From positions 52,762,001 to 52,826,000 of the forward strand of contig OZ286460.1 of the NCBI GenBank assembly GCA_965644265.1: a DNA stretch of 64,000 nt. Reading direction: 5' to 3'. The notes under the pieces were generated by a model. The model was not told where the DNA came from and made no database searches. It was given only the letters and a program-made list of their open reading frames with translations. This DNA comes from Glycera tridactyla (Eukaryota). Shown here piece after piece: positions 11,301-22,771 of this stretch; position 1 is the stretch's first letter, and each line of letters opens with the position of its first letter. Position numbers and translations under genes: made by a program.

Positions 11301-14300
11301 TATAAATTTACACACATCTGTGAAAACAAAATACTTCCACTATACACATATTGAATATACACAGGATGATTATATCATGTTCAGTGAATCCACATTACCA
11401 TTCCGAATTCAAATATTACGCGACTGAGGTGTGGTAATATGAGGATTTGGAATGGAAAATTCCCAACCACTGAATGTCTGCAATGGAGTTGATGGCAGAT
11501 GATCAAATGGTGGATGAATTGCACCACACATACAGATCAACAACCCTCAGTATCCACCAATAATGGTGACAGTTTTCATGGAAAGCTATAATGGCTGCTC
11601 TAGTAATGGAGTCCAGTGCAGCGACATCAGACATTAAGCCAAAGTCACCGAGCCCCCTCACACTACTCACTCTGATTATCCTGAATGAGGACATATATCA
11701 TCTTGTCCTCCAGCGAAATAAAATTGAGCATATCTGGAGAAAAATGCTGCAGAATTTTTCATCCTTATCAGATTCATCATAAACTGAATTTGAAAGAAAA
11801 TATCGGAAAATAGGTCAGACATCCAAGTGCATATTTCGGACCAATGATGTCAAAACGTCATCAGGACATGTTTTTGATCAAACCTTCCAAATCACGATTC
11901 ATGCCCAACTAGCTAGATCAAAGGGTTGGTTGACCATTTGATCAGCCCTTATGCAGAGGTGAAGATTTGTGTGGGACACATCTAGAGCAACAAATTACAG
12001 CCTATACATACTTCTGAGATCCTATTTTTTGTACAAAATTTACCAATTTATATATAGCAGTTTAGAGATTATTTGACAGCATATACGGATGAAAATGCAT
12101 CACCTCTTGGTGAACATGTTATAAGTTCATCGTAAGAATGTCCAAAAATCGCATTGGCGTGATGCGATATTTCTGACAATCCGACGACTATACATCTATC
12201 CCACCCTACTCGGATCATAAGTATGCTGAACGTTGTGCAGACACAAAAATATCAATTTACGTACCCTGCGTATTTCGAGAAAATCTAATGCTCTCACTGA
12301 GCACAAACAATGTCATTAATCATTATATCTATTTGATCTGACTCTACATTCACACATTTCATTCAAATAATGAATGAACCGGCCTCACCAATTTGAGAAA
12401 CTCTGTCGAATGGCTGCAATTGTTGACAGCTCATCAGCCACTGCAGGCATTTCAAAAGTTTGTAAGGAGAAAGTCGGGCAGCTGTTCCATCAGTAGAGAT
12501 ATTGTGGTGATCATGAATCTGTGAAGATAGAGTCAGGCCATCTATTTCATATCTAAACAGTACATAAGAAGACAGCTCAACCCGAGAGCTGTCCAACATT
12601 GTGCCATGGAGCAGGAGGAGGTGATCGCCAGAGAACAAGAGTATGTGCCATCAAGGGCTATAGCACATGGACAATAAAATAAAATGAAAATGTACAACAA
12701 GCGGGAGTTATATAGCTCATTTTGTTACTTCCTAATATGAATATTCATTCTATTTAAGGTGTATTTTCAACCCTGAGATGCTTCCATTGCACATCTGCCA
12801 CAGGTGTTGCTACCTTAGCACAGCCTCGAGCCATTTTCAGAATTTCCCTTCACCCATGTTCCATTCGCTGATGTCAAGAATTACACACAAATAAAACTTT
12901 ATAAACCATGAGATGCAGCAGCATGATTTGGGATGACCATCTATCATGTGTGAAAACTGAATTTCTGAGACATATCCAAAATAATGAATTTCAATGATTT
13001 CTTGGTATACATTGAAGATTGATGCCTTTTTTCATCATTAGGCTGGTATATAACAAATGGATAAAATAGTGATGACATCCGAACTGAATAAACTTCAATA
13101 ATTAGTTCCAGATACTACCAATTCACTTCCAACCTCAGCATGGGTGAAGCCTTTGTTCTGTCCAAAATATGACAGGATGGATGATGTGTACATTTGAGAG
13201 AACTTCGGCAAAGGCTACAGAAACCTTATATGAAATTCTAAAAGCATCCACTTATGGCAGATGTAACATGTTTACTGAAGGCGTGAATCCCGGAAAAGTG
13301 CCCCAAAATACACTGAATGGTATTCAGAGTCTCAGAGGTCCATGTACAAAAAGAAACTGTTGTCAGTTGTTCGAGAAAAATGATTGAAAAAAAAACTTGA
13401 ATTATAGAGCAGACAAATTAGAAAGCTTTGATAAGTACAGAGTCCAAACGTAGCATATATAGCAAGGAACAACAAGTCACAGAAACAGATAAATATACAG
13501 AGAAATAGACTCAGTGTTTTGTCTCATTATTAAATATTATGCTGATAAAATATTATGTGGCCAATGCCACATGGCTTCTTCTGTCTATTGCAGTCCTTTG
13601 CATGTTCAAATTCATTGCTGTCCATTCAAAACTAACGAACAGTAAAATATATTACATGGAACGGACTATATCCTTGAACTATAGCTCCTTCACACTATGT
13701 TGATTAAGAGGAAGTCAACATCTCAGATGGCAAATGATGAGTAGCATTTACCATCCCACTGAACATATACCCCTTCCTTGTCAGGTTGACAGTGCTCATC
13801 CTAAACAGATTATGGTAATGAACACTGCTGTTTTTTCCATATCATATGAGCCAATTCTAATAATCCGATGATTCAAACCACGATAAGCATTCCTGGCTAT
13901 GGGTTGCGTTTGATGCAAATGTGAGATATCATCAATTTTTGGCTTATGCCTTCAACAGTACAACCATTCCAGGAGTATCAACAAAGAAAGAGTAATGTTT
14001 TAAACAGAAAGAGATAGGTTTCCTTCTCAGTTCTGTTTCTATGTGCAGATACATCAAGGGTTTGACTTTACATCTTGATGTTTCAGCACACAAACAATGA
14101 TGAAGCAGACTATAGCTCATGCTGCAATAGACAGTCGCAACAGAGTGGATGGCAACAGAATGCCTGTCTAGGATGTGACAAACAAATTATATATATTTCC
14201 CAAAATACCAGTTGATCAATGCTGAATAGGAATTGCATAACTGGTATTATATATCAATGAGATTATCCCATGGCACATGAAAGCAACATCTTCAAAATAG

Positions 14301-15066
14301 TCTGTCTACTTTGAGAGAGATCAAGTCTCTAGTTTTCCAAAAGTGAACCGATTATAGTTGTGATATTGTATATCGATTGATTATTTTTGATTCTGTGTAG
14401 AGCATGACAGCAAGAATACATAATTACAAAGGGAGATCACAATATCCCATGTAGGATTTCAGCAAGGCCTCTGACCATGTTGAATCACAAAAGCAGTCCC
14501 AAGTTGGTGGGATTTATCGGATTGGTTCAGTGACTATACTTTCTTGGCTGCCACGTTTACCATTATCTCCCAATGATTGGATTCTGATGAGACCTAATGA
14601 TGTTATGTGATATACCAAATATGAGCAGTCACTCACATGTGAAAGTGAGACTGTCTCATGGCAAGAATGAGATGAAAGCTCAACCTGTGTCAAAATAGTG
14701 GAAGTAGGAATTGCAATAATTACCATGATTGTCAAGGATCACTGATTGACTGATGAGAGAAAATGTGAGCTGTCAGATTGAATTTTCACAAGACATGCAT
14801 ACAATGGAAATACTTAAATTTTGAAAATATTGCTGCAGGAAGAACACATGGGTTATTTGCCATACATATTCAGTGCAATGAGAGGAAATTATTTCCGAAT
14901 CTGTCACATCCCAAAACAGATCTTGTCACACACCTATACATATATGAATTGTCCTGGGTTGCTTCACTCAATGCCAGAGTTGGTCCTTGATTGTCATGAT
15001 TATGAAACACGAGGCTCATGAATATGCAGTAGGTCCAATGATGGAATGAAGTCAAGCAACCTTCAG

Positions 15067-15222
15067 GCTATGATCACAACACTCATATACCACGTGGCTT
15101 GACGTGTGATGCTCCTCTTCCACGAAGACCGCCACCTGCTGGATCATATCCACATCACATGGCTGGCGCCCTTCATGGCCATCACAGCAGTCTCAATCCA
15201 CTCACTGCTGAATCATATCCAG
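15067..15222 (+). CDS. Candidate antisense exon (156 bp, His/Pro-rich)
   Basis: ccttcag|GC TAT GAT ... TAT CCA G|GTGAGT, open in phase 1-1: (G)YDHNTHIPRGLTCDAPLPRRPPPAGSYPHHMAGALHGHHSSLNPLTAESYP(G). Perfect donor, weak acceptor. Confidence 0.27.
15129..15142 (-). promoter_or_regulatory. CTCF-like motif
   Basis: Minus strand CCAGCAGGTGGCGG, a near-consensus core (CCASYAGRKGGCR). Confidence 0.5.
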
Positions 15223-15828
15223 GTGAGTGAGCACGTTGAGGCGTCACGCGGCCAATCCTCGGTCATCCCACACCGTAAATATCAGCACCGTCATGACGTT
15301 CAGAACGCCAGCACTGAGCATTACATCACATACTTGTACATAAAAAGACAAGAAAACTCTATCATTTGGCCCAACAGCGATCAATGCCAGGCTCCTTATA
15401 GTGTACTCAGAATAGTTCAGATACTTCATGTCTTTACAATTCCACAGATGAATACCCAGCTCTGAGGATTCCCACAGACACAGTCTGTGTCAAGTTTTCT
15501 ACTCCGAGATACCGATGAGAGAACAGCTGTAGGAGATGAGACACCCAATGTATAAGTTCCTGTAAAGATATACTTAGTTTCACTTCTCTAGATGATTGCA
15601 GATTGCGTTTGCTGCTGATAGCAGAAATTGAGAGAACAGCCTCCGAGTCGACCAGTCATAATGTTGAGGTCACATGATGAATCACGTGGTATGGGTTACG
15701 TGATGATGATGATGACGATCCTTGTCGCATGGACACACACACACACCACGACATGGCGAGATTGGCTTCACTACATTAGACGAGTTTGTATACTTGAATA
15801 CTGTTTGGCTATCATCAATTGGGATCAG

Positions 15829-15834
15829 TTTATT
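15829..15834 (-). terminator. First candidate AATAAA poly(A) signal of the Meis 3' UTR
   Basis: Plus-strand tttatt, about 280 nt downstream of the stop. Further AATAAA hexamers occur more distally (e.g. near 11160), so the true 3' end is uncertain. Confidence 0.3.
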
Positions 15835-15926
15835 TACCTAATTGTTCCATCCCCAACTGATACATACAGCCACTGAAATGTTAGTGAGACCGCTATAGCC
15901 ACATGTCGTAATGGAGATCGGGAAGG

Positions 15927-15940
15927 GTGCCACCTTGTGG
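15927..15940 (-). promoter_or_regulatory. CTCF-like motif in the Meis 3' UTR
   Basis: Minus strand CCACAAGGTGGCAC, one mismatch to the core consensus. Confidence 0.45.
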
Positions 15941-16112
15941 CGATACATAGGCACACCCTCCCTTTAAGCTGAGCAAGAGGTTCCAACGAGTTGCCGGCCC
16001 TGACTGGCATTGCGGGGTAGTAAGCTTTGGGTGGCCTTCTTGGTGCTACCCAGAAGCTCCAAAAACAGAATGATATTAAAGAAGACGAACGCGGAGGTGG
16101 CGAGGGTAGGTT

Positions 16113-16363
16113 TTATCCGGCATGAATGTCTTGTATGTGGGCTGAGGTCATGCTGTCCATGGGACCGTGTAAGGGTGGACTCTGAGCACCCATACCATGC
16201 ATACCGTGGTGTGCCATGCCACCATGCGCCATCATCATGTGGTGCGGGTGGCCAGGGATGAGCATCGCCTGTGAATGGACTGGCGGTCGTAATTGTGACA
16301 TCTGTGAGTACGAACTTGAGTTAGGTGGTGCACCGTACATCTCTGCTCCGGGCATACCCATTC
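16113..16363 (-). CDS. Meis: Meis terminal coding exon (long C-terminal tail, MEIS1B/MEIS2-type)
   Basis: The acceptor tttctgtgtggttgcag|GA ATG GGT gives GMGMPGAEMYGAPPNSSSYSQMSQLRPPVHSQAMLIPGHPHHMMMAHGG...AHIQDIHAG* (TAA at 16115-16113). It matches the MEIS long tail (QLRHGPPMH..IPGHPHH...MDIHAQ). Phase 1 is compatible with the 42417 donor. Confidence 0.93.
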
Positions 16364-16649
16364 CTGCAACCACACAGAAAAGAAAAAATATTAAGAAACT
16401 ATTCGTAACTCCCTTATTTGGATATATAACCACCCTATCACATAGTTACAGGTGTCAAAGTAAGAAACTGATTCTTTTCCAGTAGAACAATCTATTTTGC
16501 ATTTGATAGTCAGCCATTCTCATCCATTGATACAAAGAAAAAAACAGCATTATTGGATTCTTTGAATATAAACAAATTCCAATTCTCACATTTGATATTG
16601 TAAACAGGATATGTCCAAGTGTGCGAGTAAGTGAGTGTGTGAGGATGTG

Positions 16650-16671
16650 TGCATGCATGCATGCATGCATG
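16650..16671. repeat. (TGCA)n palindromic microsatellite containing tandem TGCATG (Rbfox motifs)
   Basis: tgcatgcatgcatgcatgcatg. Four TGCATG copies on the Meis sense strand, about 290 nt upstream of the terminal-exon acceptor. Confidence 0.85.
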
Positions 16672-19600
16672 TGTGTGTGTGTAGGTGTACATGTGTTTTA
16701 CAACCAAATAATCACTGTTCAATTTGAGTTCACTAGAGACTGGCAGGTATTGTCCATGCTTGTGCACAATGAAACACAATAAAGTACAAGCTTATGTGAT
16801 AAATCAGCCAATGTATGTGTATATTTCCACTGGATGAGACAAACAAAAGGAATGGAATTATATTGCAGTACAACAGAGAACAGTGGGCAGAAATGAGGAC
16901 ATGTTTTGGGAACAAGCTGCAGAAAGACTGCAGAGCAACATAATAGTGCTGGCTGCAGAGGAATGTTTCCTAGTTCTGTCATGAGCCACTGGTGGCAGTA
17001 GTTGAAGTGAAGCCTCACCGTACAGCAGAGGAGATGGCACACAAGTTGGCCACAGTTATCATCCCTGCAAGATGTGTTCCACTCATCTGATATAACCCCC
17101 ACATAATGGATTTCATCCTCCCCTCCTGGTGATCACTCATTGAAAATGACCTGGTCCCCTCAACTAATAAACAGAACCAAATGAAGTCATCTTCTTGACG
17201 TAATGAATGGTATTTCCTCAGTATGTTCTATGCTAGGAACTGGTGCAACAACCTATAATAAATGTGCAGGAGCAATCTCTGTTGCCATGATTATATTTGA
17301 ATGCAACTAAAGGTGACTTTTCAAAATGCATTCTTCACACATCTTACTCAGTTCAATGGAGGGGTAAACAAACACAAGGTTTTATTTCATAGTTAAGTAT
17401 AACATTTTCTATGTCTGACTTGTCTCCATCTTCTGGTTGGATGATCAACCACCCAAGATGCCCGAGCACAAGATATTGACCCAAAATCCCAGAGATCCAT
17501 ATCCTAAGGTCAATTCTGATTGGCTCACAGGCCTCCCAATCTGAACCGGCTCTGCCATAAGTGATTCTGATTTTATTGCCAGAGCCCTCTCCTGAGCAAG
17601 GCTAATACTAGGCACAATTGTTTTGTCCTCTGGGGAACCATCTCAGAGATGGAAGCAAGTAATCTGTAGCATTCTATGATCCGATGCAAAGTGGGTATGA
17701 AACAGTTATTAGGAGCACCTTCTGACGAGTATGAACGTGAGCCCCTGATCTTATCCAAGGCCTTGTGGATAGCTGATCATGGCAAGCACCACATAAGCAG
17801 AGCGCTGCCAGTGCTGCCGATAAAATCTCTACGCCAAATGGAATGAGGATGATCAGGGTAGAATTCATCGGATGGTTTATCAGGATAATCTATATGAGGC
17901 TGGACACAATTTCCTTCTGGGTAATATGATCTCCCCAGAGAGGTCAGCCTGCAAGCCGACAGGCTCATCTCAACAAGGTTTAGGGACTTCACAGCTTCAA
18001 AATAGGAACACTCCTTTGATTTTCAAGAAAATTAAATGGAACTGAGAGCACCTTCACCGATGCTGAGTAACAAAAAATATGAGTGTAATGCTTCCATGGT
18101 CGACTCAGTATAACTATAATGATGCATATGATTTTGAACCATATAAACAAACCCAAATAAGTGCCAAATAGGGATCGAAATGACACAAGGGCATCAAAAA
18201 TGGCACCACATGTGTCAAATCACCAATGTCTTTTTTCCCATACTGCGACTAGCTTCATTTGGTCTCAAAAACATGGACAGTTTCGAAATCTGTTGATTAC
18301 CTAGGTAACATACTGAGATGCTGCAACGTGACAAACATCTTTGACATTAAATGGCACTAAGAACATTCTAATCACCAGAGAATAAAAACAGAATGGAATG
18401 GTTGGTGTACATGATCTTTTTACATAATGGGGATAATGTACAACCAACATAAGAATCCCAGTGCTTTCCACTTCCAATTTTTGCAGTTTCCCTACAAAAA
18501 TTGTCAAACTACCCAAGGAATGGTCTCCCAAGAGGGTTGATCTCTGCTAAGTGAAATCATGTGGATCAATTAGAAGAATATTGCAGGAAAGATATCCATC
18601 ATGGGTGGATTCTTGCAAGGATTTTTATTGTACCAGAGTCTAGCTCTGATCTCTACCTATTTCAGCCCCCTCCCTCTCAACCTTCAGAGGATGATTACCC
18701 TGAGGATTGAGTTGGGTGGCACATGGATCAGGTGAAGAGAAAGCTTGATATTGAACACAGCGTGGTGGGTGGTGGGTTATGTGCAGTGCTTTATGTGTGG
18801 TGTGCTATGCGTAATGGGGCCAGTAGTCTTGTGTGGGATGATCCTTCACACTCCATACGGACTCCATTAATGTGTCTGCTAGGATGGATCATGAGCTACT
18901 GGCTCCACTAGCCGGCTCTACTGGTCATCATCATCCTCATCCGCATCCTCTCCAGCCTCCTGCATTCCTCCCCCATCCCCAACCATGTGATTGCTGTAGG
19001 GATCAGTTTCAACTTCCCATATCACACTCATAACACACCCACCCTCTTTCCCATCACAGCCAAGCATCTTGTAACCATCACTATCTCATTATGACCCTCT
19101 CATCCCTGTATGCAATTATTGCATCATGCAATGGGTTCCACTTTCGATGGCTAAGTACATTGACATCTATGATTTCAAAACTACACACCAGGTGACAGCA
19201 ATGAAGAATCGCCAAGGAAGATGACAACTTCTATCATAAAAAATAGTGCAGCTCGAAATTCTTTGTTAACCCCTCCCAATGTTACATATTTGTGTCTGTG
19301 GAACAGCACCGAAACATGGAGTGAATACAGAGAAACTTCCTCTCCTGATTTCCTCCTTGTCTGATTATATAGATCAAAATACTGGCTGCCATTAGACAGG
19401 AAATATGGCTGTGAGTGTGACATAATTTCCAATATCTGAGGAAGCTCCTTGCCAGAGCTAAAGTAAGCATTAGACACCATGTCAGCTGTGTAAAATGAGT
19501 TCCTGATGTGGAATAGGAGCTTAAAAAACTCTGATAACTACTTCATGTAAAATGCAAACTCATAAAGTGGAAAAAAATGAGGATGCAACCCATACAACTC

Positions 19601-21567
19601 TGGCATATGTATCATTTGTGCAAATGTTCCCAAGTCAAATAGCCATTGCTCATTGGCTTCCTCTCTTTGTATCACATGGGTAGTAGAGAGCATCCCCAGT
19701 TTGTGAGCAGCAATCTTGCATTCCCCAGTCACTCTATCTATCGGTATATTGGAAACTACTGAAAGATATTACAAGTTGTGCTGAGATTAGCTACAGATAG
19801 GCAGATGGAAGTTTGTGGTCGGAGACCTGCACAGAGCCAAGCAAGATATGGCGTGCCACTGTGGCATCGCTGTGGGCCAGCCAGTGAACACAGAGGACAC
19901 AACTAGATAGCAGAGATAAAAACTCTGCCGATAATACTCGTTCTCCTGAGTGATGATATTGAACCAAAAGTCTGCACCATTCTGCCCAACTGCCTGCAGA
20001 GATGTCACAGATAAAGGTCNNNNNNNNNNNNNNNNNNNNNNNNNNNNNNNNNNNNNNNNNNNNNNNNNNNNNNNNNNNNNNNNNNNNNNNNNNNNNNNNN
20101 NNNNNNNNNNNNNNNNNNNNNNNNNNNNNNNNNNNNNNNNNNNNNNNNNNNNNNNNNNCAGTATATGTGCTCACAGTGAGTGGCTTTTCAACTGCATATG
20201 ACTGTTGCTGTCCGTTTGTACAGAATATTTTGTTTTCATCCATCTCTGGCTTCATGCATCATTTCATGCCCTGTTTTCTGGATAATTGGATAGTTTCACA
20301 ACTCAGGGTAGAAAATTGGCAGAATTCTAGTTAGTTTTCCAAGCCAAAATGCACTCTCAGTGTGAAGGAAGAACTCTCAGTCAACAGGACTGCAAGTTTA
20401 GGGGTGTGTGTGTGTGGGGGGGGGGGGGGGGGGCTCTGAAGTGAGCTTTTTCAGATGCAACCTTTGAGATGGGATCACTGTGAAAATTGAAATGCTCAGC
20501 ATACTGATATATCATGTGATTTGATACCTCATCTATATGATATCTGTCTATCATGTCAAGCCCTGAACTATGGTGTAGTGTATGAGGCTACTGGAATAGA
20601 AGACAAATATCTTGGATTGTGAAAGAGTTGATGTATTTGTTATCAGTGTGTGTGATTGTTCGTATATTATTTCACGTATCAGTCTGCCGTTTGATTGCCG
20701 CCTTTAGCATCATTTCGCTATGGCAATCAGTGCTGCTTACAGATCGGTGCGCCAGATTTTCCCAAACATTTGTTTCCTCATAGACACAATCACGCCAGGT
20801 GCAGTCTAGCATACAATCACATTTTTATCTCCCGAGCCTGATTTTTCCCCATCTATTGTACTGCCAAATACAGGCGAGAATACTGAAGTGATTGATCCAC
20901 ATCTATATCAGTCCAACTGTGAAGAGCTGATGGGTTTATCGAACCTTAGATGGGCAGCACATAGAAGAAATCCCAACAGAATCTAGGTAGCCAATTTCAT
21001 ATTTTCAACACAAATCCCATATTTCCAACATGATAAATGTCATTGAAAGATCAATTCAAACCAAAACCCCTTCCATTCTATGTAAAAAGTACCTATACAC
21101 CATTTAGCCTCATGTAATGTACATGTGATATAGGTTAATACTTCCTAGCTTTTTTCCAATAATCAATACAAAAATTCTTGTTGTCTTTTTTTTTTTTCAA
21201 AGATAAGGGAAAGCCCTCCCTAGCCTGACTCTTCGTGGGTCAGGGCTTTCTCATACCTCATATTACATATAAACTGCCCATACCCCAGTGATGTTTCAAA
21301 TACTCTAGATTTTATAATGGACTAAGGATTTTAAACACAGAAATGTAAGCTTATAATGAGAATGAAACATCCAGCAACCCATACTGAAGAAATATTGGCT
21401 TGAAGGGTGTTGGTAGCCCGGTGACTGACACTGAGTATAGTGTTGAAAAAGGAGGGTAGGCAGCAAGCAGAACCGAGGCAGCAGCAATACAGCAGCCAGC
21501 GACAGCAACAGCATTGCAGCATATGGCAAGACTGACATCAAGAGAGCAGCAAAAACCCCCAACTGGG

Positions 21568-21593
21568 TCAGCTAGAGTGCCAGGAATGTTCAT
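21568..21593 (-). CDS. Candidate alternative Meis exon giving a short C-terminus (D)EHSWHSS*
   Basis: tatcctgtag|AT GAA CAT TCC TGG CAC TCT AGC TGA in phase 1. The WH motif just before the stop recalls MEIS1A GQWHYM*. Possible donor GAT|GTCAGT at 21537/21536. The polypyrimidine tract is modest and there is no transcript evidence. Confidence 0.4.
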
Positions 21594-22729
21594 CTACAGG
21601 ATATACCATGTAATATGGCATCTGATTTTTGAGGCCAGTTCAAACTGAAGTATTGATGCAACTAAATCTGCATTCAGTGCCCTCTTATGATCTCTGTGGA
21701 ATATATCTAAGAATAACATCACTGTATGAAATTTCTTCAATTTTTGTCATGTGGACTTTGAGTAAAATTAACTGTAGCAGAACAATTAGTCATTGATGTC
21801 ACAGTGGCATATACAAAGAATATTCCACAAGAAAACATGTTTCTTTGACATAAGAGAACAATTCACAAAGGAATGATCTGAGTAATTGATGAGTATGACA
21901 ACTCATGGTCTTTCTTTCAATGGTAACTACGTTGGCTCAAGTCATAGAAAATTAACTGTTTGAAGCGGTAACAATTCCTCACCGTGGGAAATTTGTAGAT
22001 GTTTCTCAGAAGTGCCAATTGTGAAATTAAACAGGACTCTTTTGTGCTCACTCATTTTTTTGCAGTGGTGTCACCATTTTCTACAGATTACCCTGAACGC
22101 TGAATGCGAGTGTAGATAGTGGCAAGTTTGGAGCCACAAGTTGGCAAATTATCTAAATATGAATTTGAAAATCAGTGATCTGACCCAAGTTGAATGAAGA
22201 AGTGAAAAGTATTTTCTATATCTATAGTGATATAATAATCCAGTGAGAGTTTGCAGGGTATAATCAAAACCATGACAAACACCTAATATAGACAATATTA
22301 ACAGTGAAAGCAGCCATCTTCATTCTTGATGAAAGGGTGAATTCTGAGCTTTAAATCACTAGCAATGTGGTTGATTGGACCATGCAGTGATATGAATACA
22401 ACTGGTGAATGCATTTCACAAACAGACAGTTATAATGCATATAGGTGTGGTGAATGCATAAACATGCTTAGGGAGAAATGTGAATGTCACTTCATTCATT
22501 TAACACTAGATGGCAGTTTAATATTGTCTATAGAGTAGAGCACTACCTGGTGTAAGATATATATATTAATACAACAAGCGGGACCATCTAGTGTAGCCAT
22601 AACATGATGAAATTAACAAACAGAAAACAAAGAACATGACCAGTATCAAACTCAGGGGGTGAATAACAGTGAAAAAAGACAAGAACTTGAAAGCATGGGG
22701 TTGAAACCAAAGAGAATAAGTTGGCCTAC

Positions 22730-22771
22730 CCCCGCCAACGCCTGGGAGGCTCCACCCAGAATAGGGAGATC
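22730..22771 (-). CDS. Candidate 42-bp in-frame Meis cassette exon GSPYSGWSLPGVGG
   Basis: Strong acceptor ctctctctgtttttgtacag, weak donor GGG|GTAGGC. Phase 1-1 and frame-preserving. The Gly/Pro/Ser/Tyr composition is like the Meis tail. Confidence 0.28.

Noticed and set aside
12363-12650. Possible RNase H-like relic (PPPAPW...IFTDS...ADELSTIAAI)
   Set aside because: Too degenerate and stop-ridden to call without a profile search.
16113-16433. ORF-track start MVIYPNKGVTNSFLIFFLFCVVA
   Set aside because: The N-terminal part is the translated polypyrimidine tract of the intron. The real exon begins at the AG acceptor (16363).
17777-17948. Acceptor plus coding-like frame RSYYPEGNCVQPHIDYPDKPSDEFYPDHPHSIWRR
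   Set aside because: It is phase 2, incompatible with the known Meis donors, and has no recognisable homology.
12693-22583. Exact 14-mer tacaacaagcggga at 12693 and 22570
   Set aside because: Several exact 14-mers are expected by chance in a window this size, and the flanks do not align.
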